Assembly (NCBI GenBank): GCA_002269645.1
Contig: NIVC01000924.1
Span: 62,001 to 126,000, forward strand
Direction: 5' to 3'
DNA from: Macrostomum lignano
Taxonomy: Eukaryota
Length of the DNA stretch: 64,000 nucleotides
Part shown: positions 46,859 through 61,537 of the stretch, piece by piece
Layout of the letters: each line of letters begins with the position of its first letter
Position numbering within the stretch: position 1 is the stretch's first letter
Position numbers and translations under genes: made by a program
The notes under the pieces: model-generated
What the model saw: the letters and a program-made list of their open reading frames with translations, nothing else
What the model was told of the DNA's origin: nothing
Databases searched by the model: none

Positions 46859-48387
46859 ATAGATAAATTCATGTTTTACTAATAACATATACATATAAGA
46901 AATTATCAATAAAAGTAATTATCAATAGAAATTATTAGAAATTATTAAGAAATTATCAATAAAAGTACAAGCACTATATGAGGAAGGGCTCTTGTAATAC
47001 AATATAAATGCTTTTGTTTCTACATTTTGTTTCTTAGAAAACTCTCTTTCAAATTCGCACAAAAATATGATTACTTTGTTTAAATGTTGTGAGTTATGAA
47101 AATATTCTCAAGATTTATTTTTGTTAAAAATTGTATCGAATCTTAGTATAAATAGAAGCCCTGGGTGGGCCAAGAAGACCAACTCATTTGTGTGCTCTAG
47201 CAATAGCTAAAACTTGATAAGAAAATTGTTCAAAGTGACTTATTCATTTCTATAGTAAAAACCCCTATATTGGGAGAGTTCCAGACCACTAATAGCAAGA
47301 AATCGCCTCAGGGCAGTAATTGTAAATTTGCTTCAGGGTAGGAGAACCGCCTCATAGCGAGAGAAGATTGTCTCAGGGCAGGGAAAGTATAAAGCTATGA
47401 CCCTCTGATCCTAGGAATGCCAGGACTGAGAGATATAAGAGTAGACAATGCCAATAGACTGCTCAGGCAAAAGGTACAGTACATTTACAACTGCTACCAT
47501 TAGATAAGTAGACGCTATCAATATAAGTAGATAAGTAGATGCTACCAATATTAGTAGTACATTTATGAAAAAGTACATTAAGTAGAGAGACAGAATTAAC
47601 AGACTTGCAACAACTTTGGTGGCAGCAACACAAGAATAATTAAGAGCCTTGGGACAGCTTTTGGTGGCATTTAGTGGGATTAAAATTGATAAAGCAGGAA
47701 GGAACACCACTAACACAGCTTGGTATCTTAGCGGTGAGATTCTCAGTATACAGGGAACACCACTAGCACATATAGGAGCTATAGCACAACCTTTGTGGCA
47801 GTTTGTGAGATTTCCTAGTGTATAGGAAACATGCCTATAACAACTTGGTGACAGCTATAGAATCATTTATAAAGACAGAAGAAAACCTTAGTTACATATA
47901 TTACAAATACTTTGGTATAAAATATTTTTTTGTAAAAATAAACAAGATAAAGTAGATTTACAAGTATTTTCAAAAAAAATTATTATAATTATACTATACC
48001 ATATTCTATGCTATCAAGCTATTCTATAGCAACTTATGCCATTATGCTATATACCTAAATGCACATTGATATATCCATTTTTGGCCAAACAAAAATGCAT
48101 GTATCATTTTTTGGCAGATGTATGCCAGAATTGTCTAGCATGATATATACCTTGTAGAGTATAATATAATGATGAAAATAAAAGGAAAAACTGTCTTTTA
48201 GTATAGTAGATATAATCTTGAGCTAGTAACTAACTTTGTATACTATCAAATTTAAATATGATAATATCATAGTTATCAATATTCACATAGTAACAAATCT
48301 TGAACTTTTTAAGATCTTATAACCAAGATTAAGGTTTAAAAAGTGCCAAGATCTTGATGATCAAGATCAAGATCTTATTTGACTCCT

Positions 48388-51300
48388 GGGTCGTTCGCAA
48401 ATTCTAGGAGGAGCAAAAATTTTAACAATTTTCCGAACATTTACTATTGTTACTGCCATATTGAAAATAATAGGACACTTTTATCTGTGAATAAAGATAA
48501 TTTTTGGGTTAAACTTTATCATGCAAAAGTGTTTTTTAATCATCTGGCGGTATTAAGCGATAATTAGCGATGAAAAAATTCAAATTCAATCATTTCACCG
48601 ATGTTAATTTTTGGTACTACAAGATGTCTGTAGCTAAAAAAAAGTTGTTGTTGTGTTGAAACCTTGCTATATTACATTTAAAATTAAAGCTTATATAAAT
48701 TTAATTTAAGATTTTTTTAAAGCTCAATAAACTGCACTATAAATGATTTTATAGACGCTTAACTGTACGCCTAGCATTTCTGGTGGGATAGCCTCTTTGC
48801 GTCTCACAAAATGTATTTTTTCAGCTGACGTCTAGAATGTGCGCTTAAAATGATACATTTTGATGCAGATAATTAGAAAAACATGTCTTTTTATCTTTTT
48901 GTAAAAAATTGTTATGAAATAGAGCACTATTGTTGATAAAAATAATTAAAAGCAACCATGCATCGCAATAAACTCCTACTTTGAAGCACAAAATAAATAT
49001 CCTGTAACCACACTAGCATTCTCCATGGAGCACCTTTTGAGCTGAAATTTTAAACAGATATTCAGTAAAGTAAACTGAGCAAATGATTTTTTTTGTTTTT
49101 GAAAATACTTCAATTTGGCTATGTATCAGTTAGTACATTGGACATATTTATTATATTTTTATTAAAATCCTTGTAACCAAGCTACAGAGAAACATGTGCA
49201 AAACTGGACCTTGAAATTTGACCTGAATGATCAGCAAATGTGTATCTCGAAATGATTTTTTTTGTTTTCATCAAGTCATTCTATGCTAATTTTTTCTGAA
49301 GGTAAAGATACCATATATTTAGAGTCAATAGGGGAAGCATTTAGACTTATTCAATAGTCATTAAAATTGCAACTATATTATTATAATATAGTAATAATAT
49401 TATACATGTATTATATAGTAATATTAACTTCTAAGATGCCCTTATAAATTTAAGTAAAGACAACAGGCCTTAATTAATTAATCAGCATTTTGAAGAAACT
49501 GACCTTATACAGATGGGCCCCAAGCTAAGAAATGAATGTAGAGCTTATTTCGTGTAAGGTATAAAAATCAATTTATTAAAATATTAAATACTTCTAATAA
49601 ATTGGTTAAATTAGTTATTTACCTTGAATTAATTTAATTTTAATAATTAAATATATAAATTTGTTTCACTTCTTACTGCATTTAAATAGAGTACCTCTCT
49701 ACTATACTATAGAAGTATAGTAAAAGTACATGGTAAAAAAGTATAGTAAAAAATTTTCTTTGGTTTAATCCCAGCTTGCCTCAGTTTTTTAGTCTTAATA
49801 CGAGCTAGATAGTAAGTGTTGATTAATTTGCTCCATCACCTTTTGCCACGGAAACAGCACATGTCGGACATGCAACACTCTTCCTGATCCCTGGATTCAA
49901 GATGACTGCTTCTGCTTCTTCAATGCTTGAAAACTGAGCTCATGGAGCTTTAGGTTATGCTGTCAGAGTGCTGCTGCCGGTGCTGTGTGTGTATGTGTGT
50001 GTCTTCTGCGGGTAGGTTCCATGTCCCTCAGTTTAGCCACTGTTGTGGGCTAACTGGAGGAATTGCCGTTGTCGGTGCTGCAGGTGGCACTGCATGGTAG
50101 TATTGACGCTGTCAGTGACGCTGGCAAAGGCTTGGACGAAGCTAGGTGCCGTCATTGTCAGAAGGACATGCGTGTGCTGCTTAGACCAGTGCGCACATTC
50201 GACTGGACTCGTATCTGGTGCAGTCTGGTGTATTCACTGAGATTGTGTGGATCTGCCTCCTCGCATCACCTCAACCAGGCTCAATTTCTTTTGTAGAATT
50301 TTCGTGCGCTGCTTAACTGCATCTTGTGCCTGCTGAGTGATGCCAAGAATTGTGCCACACAATAATTTGGCCCATAAACTACTCATATATTATACATATG
50401 TATGCACAGCACACACACACGCAGTTCATTCATATTAAATGTACTAGTTAATGGAATTCTCATCTCATGAGCTCTAGTCTATGGACAAACCTGAAATTAC
50501 TAGAATATCTAGATAGATCTAAACTTCTTTGAGCAGCGCGTTGCGCTGCGAGCAAAATACATGTAGATTCCTTAGCGCAACTAATTAATAGTGTAGTACA
50601 GTCTACAGCCTGAAGTAGCCTGTGTAAGATGCGGAGGGATGATTTTTGCATAGGAAGCCACTACGGTAAGGTTGATGGAACTATGGGGAGGTGAGAGATT
50701 CAAAGCGAGGGACGGAAGCCATGCATAGTTCGATCATAAGTTTGATTATTCCATGAGTCTGGGGATGCATTAACGAGAGGCGGACGAGAGCTTAGAAATA
50801 AAGCGGGCTAAATATATTAATACACAAAATTACATGTACTAGCTAGTAATTTCAGAATGGTCAGCGACTCCTCCGATTTGTATCCGCGACCGCGTGCCCA
50901 CAAATCCCCCGGCAGACCCTGTCGCAGTTGGTGGTTGTGCACAGAATACAATGTTAATTTTCGAGCTTCTCTGCAAAAAATGCGTGATGCACTCAAGATG
51001 CGTGCTATAGTCTACTTCTTTGATTGATGGCTGGGTTTTGCCTTTTCGCTTGTGATCATCAAAAGCTTGGGCGTCATTGCTACTGGTGTTTCAGTGTGCG
51101 CATTATGTCTGGTTATCATATTATGTGCATGTGCAGTGTCTTTTACCTACATTTTTGTTTGTCTCTGTTTCCTGCATGCTCTTTCGCATTTTTACACCTC
51201 GCACACCCTCATTTTTCTCAATTAACAAGTGAAATCTTTTTTTAAAGACTAACTGCTATTTTAGTTAAGCTAGTAGGTTTTTGGTAATTAAATAATTCAA

Positions 51301-52190
51301 TTTTGTCTATTTTCCAAAAAGTTTCAAAAAATGAATTGATTAAAATAAATTTGAATTATTTTAAGTTAATTGGAGTAAAATGTCTAATAAGTAACTATAA
51401 TTTTTTATTTTAAGTACATGCAGCTTTGGTATAAGTATTAATGTAATAAGTACTTAAAGTAAAATCAAGCAAGTTATAGTTTTCAGAAATTATGCTACAA
51501 ATAATCAAATATATACTAGAATCCGAATTCCTTTATTAAGGAACATGCAGTTGATATTAAATCCACAATGTGCTTTTTGGTGTTCAAGGATAGTTCCCTG
51601 ACTTTTTCTATTATTAGTTAGATTTTATTATATTTAATGTAAAAATGAACAATTCTATTCACCGTAAAAATGAACATTCTTTATTTGTCGAATCATCTTG
51701 ACTTTGAAAAGATACATAGTGAAAACTTGATTTTTAATTCAACTTTTCAAGACTTATTTAGACTTCTTAATTCAGTGATTAGTTAAACTGATCGAAGTCC
51801 TTTCGAGTGCATGCTATAATAATTTCGCACTTTTTCGCACACGATAATTTTAAATGTCTGGGATTTAGAGCAGAGTAACAAAATGCTGTGCTCAAAAACA
51901 TTTCCTTTGTCAATTTCTTGTTCTTTTATTTTTGCAAAAGAAATTTAACTGCATATTTAAAATAAAAATAGAAGAAAATTTTATTTTCTCTTTAATATTT
52001 TTGTCGTTTATTTTCCGCAACAAAGAATAACAAATAGCCTTGATTTCTTCTCAATTTCAAGTTTTCTTGTGGTTTTAGTAGCAGCTTCTTACAGAAATTG
52101 TCGAAATAATTTTTTTTGTACGATTATTGGTCGATGTATAAACTTTTTTTGCAATAACAAAAAGTTGTGACCTAGCTTTGAGAACGACCC
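48388..52190. mobile_element. 3.8-kb decayed TIR element with GGG termini and 4-bp TSD (Sola2-like by terminus rule only)
   Basis: GGGTCGTTCGCAAATTCTAGG / CCTAGCTTTGAGAACGACCC; TCCT on both flanks; GC-richer interrupted ORF remnants at about 49850-50350. Confidence 0.6.
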
Positions 52191-52331
52191 TCCTACCTGA
52201 CTCTTTATTTGACTCCTAACAAGGTTAGGCTATAGTAACAAGGTTGACAATGCACAAAATAGGCCTAGTCTAGGCCTAGGGTTTATTATAGCATGGTTTT
52301 CTAATTAGTTATAACTATAATAAGCTATATA

Positions 52332-52818
52332 CCATATTGCAGAAGGTTTTCTATGTACGGCGGACACATTTTCATTGAATTTTTAATTATACGCCAACAA
52401 ATTTTAAATGTATGCCAACTAATGTGCGCCAAAAAAACAAAAAAAGAAACTAAATATAACCAGAAGTCAGAATCAGAACAATGTATTATAATTATAAATG
52501 GTTTAATAGTATAAAATCAATGAATATTTAAATTTAAATTTAAATTACAAAAAATTGATAATAAAATGACTAATGTCATGACAATTTCAATAATTAAAAT
52601 GATTAGTAAATGAGAAAATAGTAGCAGAAAAAAAGGTTTTTGAAATAACTTAACACAGAAAAATGCACAAAAAATTCTTTAATATTAATTTGTACGCTAG
52701 TCATGTATGCCACACTGTACACCACTATACACAGACAAGAAATGTACGCCAGTGTATGCCACAGAACTCAAGTGTACGCCGGAAAATTCCAGCCTATACC
52801 CCTCCTTCTGCAATATGG
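52332..52818. mobile_element. MITE with 15-bp perfect TIR and 8-bp TSD
   Basis: CCATATTGCAGAAGG / CCTTCTGCAATATGG; TSD GCTATATA / GCTATACA (7/8). Confidence 0.8.
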
Positions 52819-55229
52819 GCTATACAAATTATAATTTATTCTTTAGTTGGTTATTACCATATAGGATAAAAAAATTGCATTCCAAATTTACTTTTAATTC
52901 ATTTAATCTTTATAAGCAAAAAATATTTCTTAATTTAATTGATAGGCCTACAACTTAACTTACAATACATTTTTGTGTTTAATTTTAAAATATATAGGCC
53001 TAGAAATTTCTAGGCCTTCACCTAAGTCTATTTTGTAAATAAACCCTTCTTTGTTTAATAAAATGATCTATAAAACTACTAAAGACTAAAGTACAAGGCC
53101 TAAGCCTAAGGCTACCTAAAAGGCTAAAATCTGCTTGACACTTTGGGTTAGGGGCCTAGTTAGTAGTTTTTTAGTTTAGGTCATGATAGGTAGGCCTAAT
53201 TTCCTAAATGAAATGCTGCTGAATTGCAACTCAAAAAATTATATCTGATGCACACTAAAACTAAGGTAAAAACTTCACACTGCCTAGAAAATAAAGTGAC
53301 TTGTAAGACATTAGAAATGTAAGATGTATCGAGCCCTTTGTGTCTATCGACTCGGGAGTCGAGTTGTCAAAAAAAAAGAATTTTGCAAAAACCTAGCCAG
53401 TAGCCTAGCCCGCCAGTCATACCTTAGCCAAGGACCTTGACCTTAGCCTTAAATTTTATTTCAAGATTTACTTCTTTTAAAACCATGAAATTCAATACTA
53501 CTAATACGACTGAGGCGCTGATTTATCACTATTTATTTATTTATTGTTTATCGTACGTACCAGTCACATTAATTACAAAGTTGATTATTTGAATAATAGA
53601 AAAAAAAATAAAAAACGGTCGAAAAGTTAAAAGTAAATAAATTCTGTCTAAATTATTGAGTTAAAACAAATCTTTAAAGTAAAATAAAAAAATGTATCAT
53701 CAAGCAAAACTTTTGCTCAAAAATGTAAAAAAAAAACCTGACGAAATTATTAATTTTAAAAAATATTTGCGGTGCACCTATTTTGCCTTGAAGGCACCCG
53801 TCCGCCTGTTGGAAAAAATGAACTCAATACTCAAGCGTTATGAAGTATATCCTACACTTTGAACATCTCCTCAGTCCTCACGTGAACTTTCAACTAGCTA
53901 TTGAAGCAAAACTTTTTTCTATGTATAAGAGGTTTTTTCTTAAGTTTATTTAGTCTAATCTAAAGTAATTAAAGTCTATATTCGCGTCGATAAGCCAAAC
54001 GTTCTTTACATGCAAGTTATTGTTTAGATTTTTTCCAATTTTCAGTAAAGTGAACATTTTAATCTATTAGCGAAAAAAGTGCAAAATAATAGCGCGTCAG
54101 TCATACAGTTTACACCAAAATAAAGAATGTTACAAAAATTATAACCCTATGGTTAAGTCTATAAGCGTCTAGGTGGACTTTCTGGCAATGTTCGTTGTTA
54201 CATGAGCCCGGAGCCGGAGCGGAAAGCGAAGTTTTTCCCCGTAGCGGACGAATAACTAGTGCAATTTTGAAAACCACCGATCTGTGTATCTTCTTGACAG
54301 TTTCTTGTCATCCACATAACTTAATCCCGGATTCGGAACATACTGAAAATCTGTGTGCATATGTAAACTATAGTCTCCGTCTGTTTACTTTTAGCAATAC
54401 ATTTTAGTACATGTATATGAGAACCACTACTAATCGATGTCAACATCACCTAAGCGGATTTGAAATGCAATACCGAGAATTACGAGCGTATTATCAATTA
54501 ATCAAACAGCTTATTGCATGCATCAGGAAAATAAGTGTAAAATGTGTTAAAAAAGAACACTTGTAGTTTAATAATTAAAAGCGATGGGCTGCTATGTCGG
54601 CTAGATATTGGTAACACACGGCTGAATTAGTTGATCCCGTTGTATTTGTTAGAATTTGAAAATTGGTTGTAAAAAATAACACAGAAATATTGATGTTGAC
54701 AGTTTAGTGAGTAAAAAAGACTACGCACAGTGAATGCAAAGTGCAGGATTTCCATATGTTCGATAGTATATGGTTAAATAAATACCAAATACCAAACCGG
54801 CAAAAAAGCTGAGTGTAGTCATGCGACTTGTAAAAACATAAATTAACTTACCAGAAAAGTAGTCTAAAATAATAAATAAATAAATACCAAAAGCAAACAA
54901 CTAATTAGGAACATTAAAATTGTGTAGTGCGTACGATACGACAATTTTTATAAACATATAATGCGTGAGAGTTATGATATAGTCAGGTAATTAAATAGAA
55001 AAAATAAATATTAGTAAAACAATAACAAAAAACCGAGCACGAAAGCTTTAATTTAAGTAATTGTCCGGATATTAGAATACGGAGCCAACTTCACAAAAAA
55101 ATAATAATGCATTTTAGAAACACGCACAGACACAAACTCACGATTGCACAACACTTTTCAATTAAATAATCACTTTTTAATATTTGTCCAGTTTTTAACA
55201 TCAAGTCCGTTATGAGTTTCAGTTCAGTT

Positions 55230-56505
55230 TAGGGGTGTTCGGGGTTCGGGGTCGGGTCGGGTTTCGGGTCGGGTTTTGGTACCGGGTTCGGGGTTCGGGG
55301 TAGGTGTTCCGGGTCGGGTTCGGGGTTCGGGGTAGGGGTACCGGGTTCGGGGTTCGGGTCGGGTTTGGCCACCGGGTTTTCGGGGTTTTCGGGGTTTTGA
55401 ACAATTATCATTCTCAAGAATATTTTCAAGCACTTTTTACTCCTTATGCAAAATCCACAATACGAAAGATATGCATTGAGTTTCAGGTACAACTTAAGTT
55501 ATATTTTACATACAATTTGAAACGGAAATAGCAGATAGAACCATGGATTCATTTACACTTTCTGGTAAATAACGATTGTAGTTTTTCGACCCATTCAGTC
55601 TTGCAGTTGATGATTTAAAAAATTACGTTCAGTAATAATTTTGCATGTGCTACGTGTAACATGGTCTGAACTTCTGGATTGGATGAGGAAGCTTAAAATG
55701 TATAAATACACTATTATTCTCCACGCATCAGTCGCCAATCAATTATCACAATGATTACCTACTCATATCAGCATACAATTTTATGTAAAGACGTCACTTT
55801 AGTTTTTACATAGCAATTCTGTTATACCACTACTGACTTACTGTTAACTGTAGTCAAAAGTAAAAATAAATAAATATTTGTGATTAAGTCTCCTGTTTCA
55901 TTGTATCATTGTTTTATCTGTGCTATCTCTATCGCTCTAGTTCTATCTCTACTGATATCTACACTACAGGGTATAATCTAATTTTATTGTACTCTATTTT
56001 TGCAGCTTAAATAAGCTCATAGATGTAATATTACTATGAAAGCAATTTCGTTGTAAGTATAGGTACGAAATGGTCCTGATTTTAGTTGTGAACTTTCATG
56101 TATCTTACTATTAGATCTTGGGTCTTGGTATTCCTTCCATCTCAATCCCAATCCCATTGCAAGAAGTGTTTCATATTTCTTTTCCTAGTTGTAGAGTAGC
56201 TAAGGGAAATAAAACCACAAGGCTAAGTGGTTGAAGCTGTTAAGGCACATCTCAATATATAAAACTGAATTTAAAACTGAAATTCAAAACTAAAAACTGA
56301 AAAATTGAAAACTGAAAACTGAATTTATTAAAATGATTGACCAAAATAAGCGTGAAAATGTTCGGGGTCGGGTCGGGTTTTGGTACCGGGTTCGGGGTTC
56401 GGGGTTGGAAGAAATGTTCGGGACGGGGTTCGGGGTTCGGGGTAGGGGTACCGGGTTCGGGGTAAACCCCGAACCCCGAAAAAATGGCCGACCCGAACAC
56501 CCCTA
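55230..56505. mobile_element. Non-autonomous hAT element with (GGGGTTC/GGGTC)n subterminal arrays
   Basis: TAGGGGTGTTCGGG termini; perfect 8-bp TSD GTTCAGTT at 55222-55229 and 56506-56513. Confidence 0.9.
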
Positions 56506-56522
56506 GTTCAGTTCAAACTCTC

Positions 56523-58294
<1,772 letters not shown>

Positions 58295-59179
58295 CTGGCG
58301 GCGGTTGGTTGAGTTAAAAATTAATGAAAGTAACAGAAAGTAACTAGATCTGATGGATGACTTCGCGCTAGAGCAATCAATAATAAAAGGACTTGGTAAA
58401 TAATTAATTTATTAGCATCAGGAAAAGCGAGCCTCAATAGTCAACAAGAAGACTTAAGACCAGGTAACAAACTGGATACAAGGGAGGTTGAGGTTTACAG
58501 CAAACAAGACCATATGGCAATTTATTGAATAATATGATAGCTCATACACTGATAACTCGTACACTGGCTTTAAACTATTGAAGGTCACAAGGAGCTCAGT
58601 TTATTAAATGTTAAGGTCATATGGAGCTGAGTTCACTAAATAAACATGGAGCTAGTGATGGATTGAAATTAAATTTTGAAGTCGATATTTGAGCCTTATT
58701 TTGAATGGAAATAATTTTGATTTTGGTTTTGAATTTTGGCACTTTTCATTAAGAATCATTTCAAATTTTTATTTATGTTAAACAAAAAGTTAGTGTTAGG
58801 AAAATTCAGATTTCCATCCCCCATTTTGTTAGACTGTACTTGCATGCGTGTCATTATTTTCTAATAATCTTGATCACCTACAGCATGACTAGGGTGGATT
58901 GAAATTAGGAAAGCTAATTACAACATACATATGGCAAGACTGCATTGTTCGCACATTAGGCAACACGCTAATAGCTAAGCTGCCTCAAACATTCAATAAT
59001 GAGTGCAATAGGCCAATGGGTTTATGGATGTCTATAGGGTAAGTTGGGCATTTAAATTTGCACTCATCCAGGAAGCCCATTGGCTGAACTCATCAGGTTT
59101 TAATAATTGGCTAAAGACCTAGTCTTAATGAAATTGATCTTTATAGATCTCCAATTTAAACAATGGTAAATTTAAACAA

Positions 59180-61050
59180 CAGCAATAAGATTGCATCATA
59201 AGGCCAAGATCCCAAGAAAGCCCTTAAATAGTGGCATGATCCTTTATCTTAAGAATCATCACAGTGGTCTGGAGTCTGTGCTGTGCATCTGCAAACCAAA
59301 GACACTAATTGCAAGTGGCAATTGGAAGAAGCTGATAGCACCCGCATGCAGGAATGCAAGTTGCAGCCAACACTAGAAGAGTTTTCTGTTTGACAGCAGA
59401 AATGGTCAGATGATGACACAAAGACACAAGAATTGACATGCACTATTGGTTTGTCATATTGTATTTCTTTTAATTATTTTATATACTACATATTTTGAAT
59501 ATGCTTTCTAATTTGATTCTTTTTAACTTTAATAAAATTCAAACTTAAATGCCTTTAATGAAGATGATTGCAATCAATTTTTAGCCTTTCTTAGTCGTGG
59601 AACACCCTGGCTTTCTGCAGCTTATGGCAAAAGCTTTGCCAAAATACAGAGTGCCTGGCCAAATTTTTTTTGCTGAAAAAGTTATCCTGGACATCTACTG
59701 CAAAGTCTGTCAGCATGTACACAAGAGCCACTTGATGAGGCTAAATACATTGCCACTGCCAGTACAAGTGCTGAATAGATATCCATGAAGAGAAAAAGGT
59801 CAGTAGTTAGTTTAATTGCTTACTTTATGATCAACTTCTCAATTCAGAGTGTAGTGTTGCTATGCAATGCACCTATTGAAAGAGTATCAACTAGTGTAAA
59901 CATTGCTAAGGCCCTTAATGAAGCCATTGACCAGTTCAATGTATGCCAGAAGATTGTCACCATCACAACAGATAAGTGATCAATATCATAAATGTGAATA
60001 GCTCTTCAGGAACTGGAAGTTCCAAGGCAGTCTTGTGTCATTCACAAATTGCAAAACTGCATCCAGGACAGTATTCTAGATGATGCTAAGACATCACCTG
60101 CTTAGCATTCCATTAAAGATGCAATTGGCAAATGTTGTTTAATTGTGTATCACTTTTTTTACTTCTCTAAAGGCTCATCAAGAGTGGCCAGAGCTCTGCA
60201 TTGAACTTGGTGCTAAGTCAATGAAGTCCCTCATTTAAGATTTGTAGACATGCTGGGACTCCTAGCTTGCCATGCTTGAGTTGTTTTGCAACCAAAATCT
60301 TGTTGTCTAAATGTGCTAGAAACAGTGCTAGATATTACTTGCTAGTAGCACTTAATCAAGCAGACTAGGATCTTATTGATGCTATTATCTATAGCCTGAA
60401 GTCTTTCAAGGATATTGCAACTGCCATCTCCAATGTTATCTACAAGGGGTGTCCAAAAAGTAGTAGGAATTTTCAATGTAGTTCATACCTAGAGTCAGAT
60501 ATATAAATGGCATTGACATTTCATGAAAGCGGCTTTATCTATCTATGCAAAACATTTTGAATTATGTTAATATCTACTGGCATTTAAAAGTTATGAGCAA
60601 TTTAGTGCAGTTCCCAAGGTTATAACTTACAAAAAATGTCTTTGCCTAGGTTTTAAGCTTCACTTTATACTTTTGACACACCATGTTTATGTGAAGATGC
60701 CAACAGATATGGTAACACATGCCTATGGGCTGAATACCAAAACTATGAATATATGTAGCATAATTATCAAAGCCAGGCAATGCTAAGCTTTATATGGATA
60801 GCACAGCTCAACCAGACATCTTGTCAGCTTGCGCTTCTGAAGCAACCAAGTTTGTACCAACATGTCAAATATCCACTCAAAAGAGGGGCAGCACCGTGTC
60901 ATTTTTACTCTATGGAGCCTTGGACTTAATGGATTGGAGATTTTAAGTAAACTATAACACATCCATCATCCATAGACAGCATGTAGTGAGCAAAAGCACG
61001 GTTTACTAGTGGATTGAGGATGTTGTCATGCTTTGTTTTTATGACTACCT
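59180..61050 (+). pseudogene. Decayed hAT (Ac/ZBED-like) transposase
   Basis: Interrupted translations KMIAINF*PFLVVEHPGFLQLMAKALPKYRVP, ITITTDK, SCVIHKLQNCIQD and TCWDS match hAT motifs (PFS.VE..GF, TTDNG.N, C..H.L.L, TRWNS). Many stops and frameshifts. Confidence 0.75.
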
Positions 61051-61537
61051 GTTAAAAGTTTCTATAAGTTATACCCTAGAGAACTGCACTAAATTGCTCA
61101 CAACTCTTGAATGCCTTCTATACACTACTTTGCATCTTGGACTCTGGCTTACTATAATAGAACTAGGATTTACCTAGTCATGATCATTATTATAAACAAA
61201 GAGATTAATTAGGCATTTATTTATTTAGGCAAATCATACATGTACAACCCCCTGATTTACACTGGCCATGCAATTTACTTTTTGACCAAAAATGCAACTT
61301 ACCTATGAAAGAAACCCTGAAGCAAATTATGTTACCCTTGCCACTGTGTTGGTGGTAAGGGCGTTTAAACTGCAAGGGGAGGGGCTCGCTTGGCTGGGGC
61401 GGGTGCGTGCAGGGTGGCGTGTGCTGCGGGGGGCGGGGGGTCGCGGGGGTGCTAGCTTGATTTCTATTTAGTCCGGTCCTTTGCTTGTTCGCCGTGCGTT
61501 CGTGTTTGCTCAGATTTTTTTCTCAGCCACAATCAAT

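Noticed and set aside
58653-58910. TAGTGATGGATTGAAATT / TAGGGTGGATTGAAATT as the left TIR of the hAT relic
   Set aside because: hAT-like, but no matching right TIR or TSD was found, so element boundaries are not claimed.
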